Assembly (NCBI GenBank): GCA_963665665.1
Contig: OY762428.1
Location: 576,001 to 640,000, forward strand
Direction: 5' to 3'
Length of the DNA: 64,000 nt
From: Candidatus Kapaibacterium sp.
Lineage (GTDB): Bacteria > Bacteroidota > Ignavibacteria > Kapaibacteriales > UBA2268
Part shown: positions 42,350 to 51,690 of the stretch, in pieces
Layout: every line of letters begins with the position of its first letter
Position numbering within the stretch: position 1 is the first letter of the stretch
Translations under genes and position numbers: made by a program
The notes under the pieces: model-generated
What the model saw: the letters and a program-made list of their open reading frames with translations, nothing else
Told to the model about the DNA's origin: nothing
Database searches by the model: none

Positions 42350-42495
42350 AAAAAAAGGGGCCTTACGGCCCCTCTGCCCAATCATTAAGGTTGGAGTGCT
42401 GCGATCTCTCGCAGCAGTGGTTAGAGGAGTTTTTAAACAGTTGGTTCAATACCTCTGTAATATTTTATTTTTCAAATAACATCTGTCGCTGTTCT
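42350..42495 (-). ncRNA. Putative structured sRNA, copy 1 of 3 (~145 nt)
   Basis: Own promoter and terminator; hairpins UGCUGCGA-GAGA-UCGCAGCA and AGGGGCC-GUAA-GGCCCCU-U run. Confidence 0.75.
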
Positions 42496-42501
42496 GGCAC
42501 T

Positions 42502-42530
42502 AATATAAAGTATTCTTTTTAATAATCCAA
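42502..42530 (-). promoter_or_regulatory. sigma70 promoter TTGGAT-N17-TATATT (copy 1)
   Basis: Boxes and spacing are conserved in all three units. Confidence 0.75.
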
Positions 42531-42569
42531 ATACTTTTTTTTAAAAAAAATTCACACACCGTCCAAAAT

Positions 42570-42715
42570 AAAAAAAGGGGCCTTACGGCCCCTCTGCCCA
42601 ATCATTAAGGTTGGAGTGCTGCGATCTCTCGCAGCAGTGGTTAGAGGAGTTTTTAAACAGTTGGTTCAATACCTCTGTAATATTTTATTTTTCAAATAAC
42701 ATCTGTCGCTGTTCT
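42570..42715 (-). ncRNA. Putative structured sRNA, copy 2 of 3
   Basis: Essentially identical to copy 1, 220 bp away. Confidence 0.75.
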
Positions 42716-42721
42716 GATGCT

Positions 42722-42750
42722 AATATAAAGTATTCTTTTTTATAATCCAA
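42722..42750 (-). promoter_or_regulatory. sigma70 promoter TTGGAT-N17-TATATT (copy 2)
   Basis: Same boxes and spacing as copy 1. Confidence 0.75.
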
Positions 42751-42787
42751 ATACTTTTTTTAAAAAAATTCACACACCGTAAAAAAT

Positions 42788-42939
42788 AAAAAAAGGGGCC
42801 TTACGGCCCCTCTGCCCAATCATTAAGGTTGGAGTGCTGCGATCTCTCGCAGCAGTGGTTAGAGGAGTTTTTAAACAGTTGGTTCAATACCTCTGTAATA
42901 TTTTATTTTCAAGTTTCTCTCTTTCGTCGCTCATTTCTT
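42788..42939 (-). ncRNA. Putative structured sRNA, copy 3 of 3 (different 5' leader)
   Basis: Core of ~120 nt identical to copies 1 and 2; the 5' ~30 nt differ. Confidence 0.75.
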
Positions 42940-42945
42940 GGTACT

Positions 42946-42974
42946 AATATATAGTTTTTACCAATATAATCCAA
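42946..42974 (-). promoter_or_regulatory. sigma70 promoter TTGGAT-N17-TATATT (copy 3)
   Basis: Boxes retained although the spacer sequence has diverged. Confidence 0.75.
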
Positions 42975-43080
42975 ATGTTTTTTACAAAAAACTTAACAAA
43001 TTTGTTAAGTTTAATGAAATGAAAATTGCAATTTTATTAATAAAAAGAACTTACATAAAATAATTATTTAAATAAAAAAA

Positions 43081-45849
43081 TCATTTTTTTGATTCTTTTA
43101 ATGATTTTATAAACATGATGGCCCTGAATAATCCGGGATCTCCAAAATAATTTGCTTCATCAGAGTAATTTTCCTTAACATCAGGTATGCAAATATCATC
43201 AAATATATTTTCTCTATCCGGTAATTCTCCTGAAATTCCGGTAAGCGAACATCTGTAGTTTCCGGGCAGCCAAAGCGGAACCATATCCCCTCCACTACCT
43301 GAACTATTATTACCAACAAGGGTTCCCATATCATAATATTTAATCAACTTGGCAATTGCGTCAGAATAGCCGCTGGTTCTTTCGTCAATAAGAAACAGGG
43401 GCATGGCGGTAAGCCTGATCTCTGCCGGATCGAGCCAGGATTGAAATATTTTGTAACTTACTGATCCACGGTCGGGATGTGTAAAAACCGGAATTTTCCA
43501 TTTAATTGATTTCTTTGTATTATCAAGAAACAACCCGAGGAAATGCTCGGAAACGTTAATATTCCCGCGTAAATCAAAAATTATGTATTTAGCATTTTCA
43601 AGCATTTTCATATTATCGTATAAGAACTGGTCATTTATTGACGTAATATCCAGATAAATTATATCTTTGTCAATCTCTGAAAAGCTTGCAGGCCTGATTT
43701 CCCGTAACTCATTAAGCAGGGTATTCTTCTTAAGAACAATATCCTTAATATTACCATCTTCACTTCGGATTGTTAGTTCCAGACTATCGCCTTGTATGCC
43801 GGCCTTCAGCATAGCCAATGCTCTGAGATTCTTCCATTGATCTGAACTGCCTGCAATTCTGCCATACAATTTTTCAAGCATATCCTGCGTATCGGTTCCA
43901 TTTATTTTAATTACCACATCGCCGGGCGCAATCTGGTTGTTATTCCGGGCAACATCTGTTATAATCAATTCAGAATTCCGTAATTTCCATATTAAGGGAA
44001 GCCCGTAACGAAAGTTTTCATTAATATTCCATACTCTGCACTGATTATCATTTGCAACCGAGGAAATCATTTCAAGTGTTTCAATAAAATCTTCACCATC
44101 CCTGTCAGTAGCAGCTTTCTTCAATGCACTGTATAATACTTCATTCATTAAATCTTTATTGACATCAGAAATCGTAAAATTTGAAATCAGATTCCAGAAA
44201 TATGATAATATTGCAAAACGGCTTGTTCTGTCCTCCGGATGAAGATTATTTTCTCTCGGCTCATTTATATCCAAAGCATTAAGTATGCCATCGGGCCGGG
44301 GCAAAGTTGACATACTATCAACAAAAACGGACATTGGCACCGAAGCATATACATCTTCCGCCAGCTTGAAATTATAATTTCTTCCGGGCCCGGGCAATGC
44401 AAGCCTGTCCTCAACTGTCGAGAAAATTTTCAGGCTTTGCCGGCTCATGCATCCACGGCTTCTTACCTCAATGTTATAACCGGTTTTCCGATGTTTGTCA
44501 CTAAATATCCAACGGCTGGGCAAATTACCAGGCCGGCTGTCTTCAAAATCGTTGTTTCCAATTTTACTTTCCAGCACCTCCCCGTTCATTTCAAATTGCA
44601 ACTTATCGTAACATACTTCACCGTCTCCGATCATCACTAATCCAAGGCGGATATTGGCACAATTTTCGGGAACAATGAAAGAAACGCTGTCTTTAACCCA
44701 TGTTTTTTGTAAAGCACGGGTTGGATTGGATTTCAAAGAACTGATCATATCATCATTAGCATCATCGAAACGTATCCAGACCTCTCCCCTGCTGTATGGC
44801 TTTATCAATTCGGATTTGTAATAATAGCTGATCTTTACTTCTTTTCCCGGCATGCCCGATGGGTCGATATGCTGCATAACTGCTGCTTCAGGGCGCCTTT
44901 GCGACTCATAAATATTTACCACGTGGCTGCCGGTTCCGGAATTTTCTTTATTAAGCCCGGCAACCTGATGTATCTGGGCTAAAGCAACATTATCAATAGC
45001 ACTGGCCGGTTTGCTGAAATAAGGTTGCGGCTTGATATTAAAATCGGTTTTATAAATATTAACAGAAGGTGCTATTGGCAAAATTACATTTTTTAACCTT
45101 TCAACAAGATCACTATTATTTTCCGCTTTCTCGATATACTCCATTCCGAGTAAAGTAAAGCGCATTATATTTATCTGTTTAATTTCCGCGCTTGGATGGA
45201 AATAAGTTAAAGGACCCAAAATTTTTACAAATGCAGCCAGATTTTTCAATCCCTGATCTGATAGCGGAGCTGGTTTTACAAAAGCTGATTTATCTTCAAC
45301 TACAACCTCTATGCTGATATCATCAATCCATACCCTGCCGCTTCCCCAGAACATTGCACCAAAATTCAAAACAGTGGCATACTCGGAAATTTCCGTCTCT
45401 ATCTGATAATGATCCCACATATTCAAAACTATTGGATTATCCTCCATCCTGTTGATCATTCCCTGCTGATTGTTCGCAAACCTCTCGCTTATCCAAAGGT
45501 GAGCGCTGCCGTTATCCCCTGTTACTTCAGCTTTGACTGCCGCCCTTAAAATAATTCGTTTGCCCCTGTATGGGAAAGCATCAATACTTTGCATTACCGA
45601 ACCGTAAAGCGTATCTGCAAATCCTTCTGCATGAAGCAAAAAGGACTGATTGCCCTCGTATTTTTCGTCGTTGACTAATTCAGCAGTGTATCCGAGTTTT
45701 GCAGCGTAGGAAGGTATCTTCCATCCAATTGGTAAAGACCCCGGAGCACCATCCTCGAAATCAAGGTTGACGGGTTGAATTAATGCCTGAGCATATATGT
45801 TATAAGCAAACAAAAACAGAACTAAGGATAATTTTAATATTTTTTGCAC
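43081..45849 (-). CDS. S41-family peptidase-like protein with two N-terminal CBM-like domains and a PDZ domain
   Basis: NLDFEDG...GW domains; PGDVVIKING; IIFDLRGN; TSGYSD; TLVG. Confidence 0.8.
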   Translation of the reverse strand: MQKILKLSLVLFLFAYNIYAQALIQPVNLDFEDGAPGSLPIGWKIPSYAAKLGYTAELVNDEKYEGNQSFLLHAEGFADTLYGSVMQSIDAFPYRGKRIILRAAVKAEVTGDNGSAHLWISERFANNQQGMINRMEDNPIVLNMWDHYQIETEISEYATVLNFGAMFWGSGRVWIDDISIEVVVEDKSAFVKPAPLSDQGLKNLAAFVKILGPLTYFHPSAEIKQINIMRFTLLGMEYIEKAENNSDLVERLKNVILPIAPSVNIYKTDFNIKPQPYFSKPASAIDNVALAQIHQVAGLNKENSGTGSHVVNIYESQRRPEAAVMQHIDPSGMPGKEVKISYYYKSELIKPYSRGEVWIRFDDANDDMISSLKSNPTRALQKTWVKDSVSFIVPENCANIRLGLVMIGDGEVCYDKLQFEMNGEVLESKIGNNDFEDSRPGNLPSRWIFSDKHRKTGYNIEVRSRGCMSRQSLKIFSTVEDRLALPGPGRNYNFKLAEDVYASVPMSVFVDSMSTLPRPDGILNALDINEPRENNLHPEDRTSRFAILSYFWNLISNFTISDVNKDLMNEVLYSALKKAATDRDGEDFIETLEMISSVANDNQCRVWNINENFRYGLPLIWKLRNSELIITDVARNNNQIAPGDVVIKINGTDTQDMLEKLYGRIAGSSDQWKNLRALAMLKAGIQGDSLELTIRSEDGNIKDIVLKKNTLLNELREIRPASFSEIDKDIIYLDITSINDQFLYDNMKMLENAKYIIFDLRGNINVSEHFLGLFLDNTKKSIKWKIPVFTHPDRGSVSYKIFQSWLDPAEIRLTAMPLFLIDERTSGYSDAIAKLIKYYDMGTLVGNNSSGSGGDMVPLWLPGNYRCSLTGISGELPDRENIFDDICIPDVKENYSDEANYFGDPGLFRAIMFIKSLKESKK

Positions 45850-46012
45850 TTTTCTTTCTCCTGACTATACTTTTCCCTTAATAACACCATTTATCCCTTA
45901 TGGTCTCAAATTGTTTTTGAAAAAGAAACAAATTAACAAATAACATCAGTTAAACGCAAAATTTTGGAATTTATTTATAATTTTGTAATTATTTTAATAA
46001 TGGAAGCTGTGT

Positions 46013-46675
46013 ATGTCTTATCCTGAAAATTTCTCACTCACTTCAAAACCCGGCGGATATTTTGAAAATCCCAGGCCGGAAATGCTTTCATATATTCCGG
46101 CTAAACCTGAAAGAATTCTTGAGGTGGGATGCGGAAAAGGCATCTTTGCCGGATCGATAAGAAAAAAAATCAACTGTGAAATATGGGGCATCGAGATTGA
46201 CAGCCAGGCTGCAAAGGAAGCAGAAAAAGTTATCGATAAAATCATTGTTGATGATATTAACAGCGCTATATCAAAACTGACAGACTGCTATTTTGACTGC
46301 ATTGTGTTCAACGATGTGCTGGAACATCTGATCGACCCTTTTGACGTTCTGAAGAAAATCAGGCCGAAATTATCCAATTCAGGAGTTGTGGTCAGCTCTA
46401 TACCGAATGTGTTGTTCATAAGAAACCTCTGGCGTGTGGTGGTGGGCAGGCAATGGCACTATGAAGAAGACGGTATACTGGACAAAACACATTTACGGTT
46501 TTTCACCAGGGCAAGTATTATTGATATGTTCGAAAATACGGGATACGAAATACAAACAATAGAAGGCATTAATCCCGTAAAGGATTTCAGATATTCCATG
46601 TTAAATTTATTTACGCTTGGATTTTTATCCGAATCAAAATATCTGCAATTTGCTACTGTAGCAAAACCAAAATAG
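46013..46675 (+). CDS. Class I SAM-dependent methyltransferase
   Basis: ILEVGCGKG, DVLEHL, GILDKTHLRFFT. Confidence 0.92.
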   Translation: MSYPENFSLTSKPGGYFENPRPEMLSYIPAKPERILEVGCGKGIFAGSIRKKINCEIWGIEIDSQAAKEAEKVIDKIIVDDINSAISKLTDCYFDCIVFNDVLEHLIDPFDVLKKIRPKLSNSGVVVSSIPNVLFIRNLWRVVVGRQWHYEEDGILDKTHLRFFTRASIIDMFENTGYEIQTIEGINPVKDFRYSMLNLFTLGFLSESKYLQFATVAKPK

Positions 46676-46893
46676 TCACGTGCATGAAGCCCCGGGTAAA
46701 TTTGTGAACAGATTATGCAGCAAACCCTTTTTTACTTGGCTTCACCCCGCATTCTTTATATAAAAAAATATAATATCTCTTCGCTCTTGAAATTTAACAT
46801 AACGAAAAAAAATTTTTCTCAGCTTCATTCGTTTTGTTTTTTGCCGGGAAATTTGACAAAAAACGATGTTTAATATAGGAGGCTTTTTTAATT

Positions 46894-48426
46894 ATGAACA
46901 TGAAAGTGTTATCAACAGTTGGAATACTATTTGTCGGGATAATAGCCGGAATAATCTTAGTATCCGAATTTAACCCGGAATCAGTTTCCGGATTGTGGGC
47001 AGATGAAAAAATTGGAGCAGATAAAGCTCCGGTAGTGGTCAGCGAGCAGGCTAATGCTATCAATAATGCTTATGTTACGGTAAGCGAGGCAGTAAACCCT
47101 ACTGTTGTAAGCATCAGCGTGGTTATGGAAGACAAAGATTATCATCAATACCAGGAAAGATTCCAGGAATTCTATAAATTTTTCGGCCTCCCGGAAGATC
47201 AGAACGCTCCTTCGGAACCGAGAAAATCCGCAGCAGCAGGATCCGGTGTGATAATTACAGATAACGGATACATAGTAACCAATAATCATGTTGTTGAAAA
47301 TGCCATAGAAGGTGGTATTACCGTTACTACTTACGACCAGAAAACATATTCGGCCGAACTTATCGGTGCAGACCCCCTGACTGACCTTGCCGTTATAAAA
47401 ATTGAAGAATCAGGGCTTAAACCCGCTCATTTCGCGAGTATGGACGATATCCATGTTGGCGATTTTGTACTTGCAGTAGGAAATCCGCTCGGGCTGAACT
47501 CCACGGTAACAGCAGGAATAGTCAGCGCTATCGGGCGCGGACAGCTTTACCTGCCCAACAGAAGCAACTATTCGGTAGAGAATTTCATTCAAACCGACGC
47601 GGCTATTAATCCCGGGAACAGTGGCGGCGGCCTTTTCAACCTGGAAGGCAGCCTGATAGGCATCAACACTGCTATAGCCACGAGAACAGGTACTTATATC
47701 GGTTATGGATTTGCCATTCCAATAGATCTTGCTCAGTCTGTTGTATCAGACCTGATAGAAGACGGAAAAATTAACCGTGGATATATTGGTGTGGCTATCA
47801 GAACTGTAACCGACCCGGTTGCAAAAGCTACAGGGCTTGAAAAAGTTTCCGGCGTGTTGGTTCATAATATTAACGAGGGAAGCGCAGCGGAAAAGGCCGG
47901 TATTGAACCAGGAGATATAATTCTGGAAGTTGACGGTGAAGAAGTGGCAACTTCGAATGAACTTCAAAGCAAAATTACGATGAAACGTGCCGGAGATAAG
48001 GTAAAACTTACTATCTGGCGCGACGGTAAAAAATTATTTAAAAACGTTACCCTGAAAGCAAGGGATGATGATGAAGGCGCAATTGCCGGCGAAGATGTTG
48101 ACAACACCGAAGAAAAGGATCCGGCTAAACCGGTAAACTTTGACGAGCTCGGGTTCAGTGTCGAGCCTGCAAAATCTGATGTAAAGAAACGTTATGACGT
48201 CAGTAACGGAGTAATGATAACCAAAGTTATTCCCTACAGCCGTGCTGCCCAGGCAGAAATGTTCCCTCGTGGAATAATCGTTAAGGCCGACCGCCAGAAA
48301 ATAAAAACCCCCGGCCAGCTTAAAACCATTTTCGAAAATAAAAAACCGGGCGACGCTGTTCTGATGCAGGTTAAATATGAAGATACCTACAGGATAGTAG
48401 CAATTGAAATTCCAAAGGAAGAATAG
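46894..48426 (+). CDS. degP: Do/DegP (HtrA) serine protease with two PDZ domains
   Basis: TNNHVV, DLAVIK, DAAINPGNSGG. Confidence 0.95.
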   Translation: MNMKVLSTVGILFVGIIAGIILVSEFNPESVSGLWADEKIGADKAPVVVSEQANAINNAYVTVSEAVNPTVVSISVVMEDKDYHQYQERFQEFYKFFGLPEDQNAPSEPRKSAAAGSGVIITDNGYIVTNNHVVENAIEGGITVTTYDQKTYSAELIGADPLTDLAVIKIEESGLKPAHFASMDDIHVGDFVLAVGNPLGLNSTVTAGIVSAIGRGQLYLPNRSNYSVENFIQTDAAINPGNSGGGLFNLEGSLIGINTAIATRTGTYIGYGFAIPIDLAQSVVSDLIEDGKINRGYIGVAIRTVTDPVAKATGLEKVSGVLVHNINEGSAAEKAGIEPGDIILEVDGEEVATSNELQSKITMKRAGDKVKLTIWRDGKKLFKNVTLKARDDDEGAIAGEDVDNTEEKDPAKPVNFDELGFSVEPAKSDVKKRYDVSNGVMITKVIPYSRAAQAEMFPRGIIVKADRQKIKTPGQLKTIFENKKPGDAVLMQVKYEDTYRIVAIEIPKEE

Positions 48427-48459
48427 CCTTAGTTTCGATCTGAATTTAAAATTGGAAGA

Positions 48460-49050
48460 AGCCACCTCTCCCCCGCTGAAGCCGACGTGTCGGGAAAGGG
48501 CAGGGGTGGTTTCTTTTTCTTAGCCTACTTTATCCACGAGAATGCACATGGCTATTGAATTTGACGATTATAAGTCCGGGAGGTCATTCTTAGCGCAGCG
48601 AAGTATCCATTCTTTATACATTCCCCCTCATTACGAAGTTATACTTCGTAATGCAGTTTTCCTGAAACTGAGCTTCTCTATTTCAAAGTAGAACTTTGCA
48701 GGAAATATTCCTTCCCAAGTACAACTTGGGAAGGAGGCTCTATGTCCACCGCTGGCGGGGGTGCCCGAAGGGCGGGGGTGGATTTCCGGAAAATTCCCCT
48801 CGTTAAGGGGTGGCGAGCGCAGCGAGTTCCCGACACGTCGGGACAGGCAGGGGTGGTTTCTTTTTCTTTGCCTTCGCACCTTGCACATTTATCCACGAGA
48901 ATGCACGTTGCAATTGAACTTGACGATGGTCGGGGAGGTCATTCTGAGCGCCAGCGAAGAATCCATTCTTAATATCTAATCTGCAAACAAAGATGGATTC
49001 TTCAGTCGCAAGCTCCGGAAGCCTGCCCCGACGTGTCGGGGAATGACAAC
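48460..49050. repeat. Cluster of REP-like GC-rich palindromes, containing the left copy (48592-48826) of a ~240-bp direct repeat
   Basis: cattacgaag..cttcgtaatg, ccttcccaagt..acttgggaagg, gcccgaagggc, gtcattct...gaatgac; also repeated at 60799-61114. Confidence 0.85.
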
Positions 49051-49279
49051 ATACTACCTCCTTCTCCGGCCCTTACCCCCCGTTTTTCCACCCCAATGAA
49101 CAGGCCGCAGGACTTAATTCCCTATCCTGTGGTTTCAATGAACCGGATAATTCCCTTACTTCAATGCTGTTTTGAACCAGAATCCTGATGTATGGGCTAA
49201 TTGCTTTATTGGTAAAGCTTTAAACTGCCTTGACCGGAGGTATTGAACTACTGTTTGGCCATATTGTAGTGAAATTTGG

Positions 49280-49564
49280 CCTTATTGACAGCCTGGTTGA
49301 CCTTACTGACAGCCTGGTTGACCTTACTGACAGCTTGGTTAACCTTACTGACAGCCTGGTTGACCTTACTGACAGCTTGGTTGACCTTACTGACAGCCTG
49401 GTTGACCATACTGAACACTTGGTTGACCATACTGAACACTTGGTTGACTTTACTGAACACTTAGTTGGCTTTACTGAACACTTGGTTGACCTTACTGAAC
49501 ACTTGGTTGACCTTACTGAACACTTGGTTGACCTTACTGAACACTTGGTTGACCTTACTGAACA
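49280..49564. repeat. 21-nt tandem array A (13 units plus a partial unit; two subtypes)
   Basis: Six ccttactgacagcctggttga-type units, then seven ccttactgaacacttggttga-type units. Confidence 0.95.
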
Positions 49565-49577
49565 TGTTCTTTGCCTC

Positions 49578-50112
49578 CGACCAAGAGTTCAATGACTTCG
49601 ACCAAGGCAGCAATAACTTCGAACAAGGCAGCAATAAAGCAAAACATTGCTGCAATAGTGTCGACCAAGAGTTCATTATCTTCAACCAAGACGTCAATAA
49701 CTTCGAACAAGGCATCAATGACTTCGACCAAGGCGTCAATAAAGCAAAACATTGGTTCAATAGCTTCAACCAAGAGTTCAATGACTCCGACCAAGGCTGC
49801 AATGACTTCGACCAAGGCATCAATAACTTCGACCAAGGCATCAATGACTTCGAACAGGGCGGCAATAAAGCAAAACATTGCTGCAATAGGTGCAAACAAG
49901 ACCTCAATGATTCCGACCCCTCCCAAACACACGCGGTGTGGAACCCTCCCCCGAAGGGGAGGGCTTTGATGGAAAACATTGCTGCAATGACTTAGAACAT
50001 TGGTGCAATAACTTAGACCAAGGCGTCAATAAAGCAAAACATTGCTGCAATAGGTGCAAACAAGACCTCAATGATTCCGACCCCTCCCAAACACACGCGG
50101 TGTGGAACCCTC
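49578..50112. repeat. Degenerate 21-nt tandem array B (~21 units) interrupted by a duplicated non-repeat block
   Basis: cgaccaaggcatcaatgactt-type units; an ~85-bp block at 49863-49948 is repeated at 50027-50112. Confidence 0.9.
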
Positions 50113-50358
50113 GCAAGGAGCCGTGCCTCCCCGAAGGGAGTATGTCTGGATAATTTAAATAATAGTGTATAATAGCTTATTATACTGGTATTATAAGGTA
50201 TTATGTAATAATTAGTTTGTTTCGAAATCAACTGTTATCTGTTTAAAGTTGTTATAATATACATCATTATGTTTAGATATATGTTTATATTTATTTGGAT
50301 ATATGGTTGGAATAATATATTTTTATCCAACAGTTTTAATTTATTGAAAGCGACAATT

Positions 50359-51606
50359 ATGAAAATTGCAGTAAAATTCAACCCGCAATATCCAAAAATT
50401 GAGAAATCAAATATATTAGTTTCCGTTACCTGGGAGGGCAACAGGATACAGAAATCTATAGGGATTTCTGTTAAGAATAAGAATTGGGATAAAACAAGGG
50501 GTAAGGTTAAGTCCGGCGACAACAATGCTCTTGAATATAATATGTTCCTTGAGGGACTAAGCAGGGAAATTTCCAATTATTACTACAGATTGAAAAATGA
50601 TAACATGATTGTCAGCCGGGAGATTATCAGAAACAAAATCAAATCACTGCTGTCGCCGGATGAGGGTATTGATACTGAATTTAGCCTTAGCCTTGTCGAG
50701 ACATTTAATTCATTCAAATTGGAAAGAGAGAAATCCGGGAAATATTCGCAAAAAACCATTGAGCATTATTCAAATTGCCAGAATTATCTGAAGAAATTCT
50801 CAGCCCATTTGGGGCATACTTTGTATTTCAGTATGATCGATAAAGAATTTACTGATAAGTTTATGGAATTTCTTTTGAAAAAGCCGATGATGAGCAGCAG
50901 CGCAATTAAGATTCTTGTTATTCTCAAGGTTTTCCTGAACGATTGCTACTCGAAAAAGATAGTTAAAAATATTGATTTCAGAGATTATATAAATCAAACA
51001 ATCAAAGAAAACGGCGGGATAAAAGAGGCTCAAACCATCGTTTTTGATGAAGAGGAATTACAAAAATTAGAGGATTTCAAATCCGAGGACAATATCCTGA
51101 TGAAAGTTAAACATCTTTTTCTGCTTCAGATCTATACAGGGCTCAGAGTATCAGACCTGATGCGCTTGAAGCCGGAAAACTTTAATCTGAAAGAAAAACT
51201 TATAACAATATTGACAAAGAAAACAGCTGATTTTATCACAATTCCATTGCACCGTAAAACAGAGTCAATATTGAGTAATTATCCAAACCTGCAATTGCCG
51301 AAAGTCAAACTAAAATGGTATAATGAAAAGATTCGAGAAATCAGCAAAATGGCTGAGATTGACAAGCCGATTATCATAACTAAATTTTACGGCAAGCGCC
51401 GAAAAGAAGAAATACATCCGAAATACGAGCTTATATCATCACATACGGCACGCAGAACCTTCATTACTCTATCTTTGAAAAAGGGCCTGTTGCCGGAGTA
51501 CATTATGAAGATCACCGGCCATAAAAGCAGAGCATCTTTTCAGAAATACGTGCGAATAGTCCAGGAGGAGGCGATAAATGAAGTCCGCCGGGCCTGGGAT
51601 GATTGA
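50359..51606 (+). CDS. Site-specific tyrosine recombinase/integrase (Bacteroidota type with arm-binding and SAM domains)
   Basis: YTGLRVSD, KKT, SSHTARRTF, ITGH...Y catalytic set intact. Confidence 0.95.
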   Translation: MKIAVKFNPQYPKIEKSNILVSVTWEGNRIQKSIGISVKNKNWDKTRGKVKSGDNNALEYNMFLEGLSREISNYYYRLKNDNMIVSREIIRNKIKSLLSPDEGIDTEFSLSLVETFNSFKLEREKSGKYSQKTIEHYSNCQNYLKKFSAHLGHTLYFSMIDKEFTDKFMEFLLKKPMMSSSAIKILVILKVFLNDCYSKKIVKNIDFRDYINQTIKENGGIKEAQTIVFDEEELQKLEDFKSEDNILMKVKHLFLLQIYTGLRVSDLMRLKPENFNLKEKLITILTKKTADFITIPLHRKTESILSNYPNLQLPKVKLKWYNEKIREISKMAEIDKPIIITKFYGKRRKEEIHPKYELISSHTARRTFITLSLKKGLLPEYIMKITGHKSRASFQKYVRIVQEEAINEVRRAWDD

Positions 51607-51690
51607 ATTAGCCCGCTAATAAAATAAAAAATGTTTGTTCTGTGATTTTTCAGAAAAATATCATATCTTATAAAAAAGAGATAAAATTAT

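Noticed and set aside
42346-42980. CRISPR array or type III toxin-antitoxin repeat array
   Set aside because: Units are ~220 bp, each with its own promoter and terminator; there are no unique spacers, cas genes or downstream toxin ORF.
45937-45947. 11-nt match (caaataacatc) to the ncRNA leader upstream of the S41 gene
   Set aside because: Too short in AT-rich DNA, and in the same sense as that mRNA, so it is not an antisense target.
48631-48979. Short ORFs here and at 60858-61154
   Set aside because: They are translations of GC-rich palindromic repeats.
49280-50112. CRISPR array, or confident CDS calls for the overlapping heptad ORFs
   Set aside because: Units are contiguous with no spacers; several frames are open simply because 21 is a multiple of 3.
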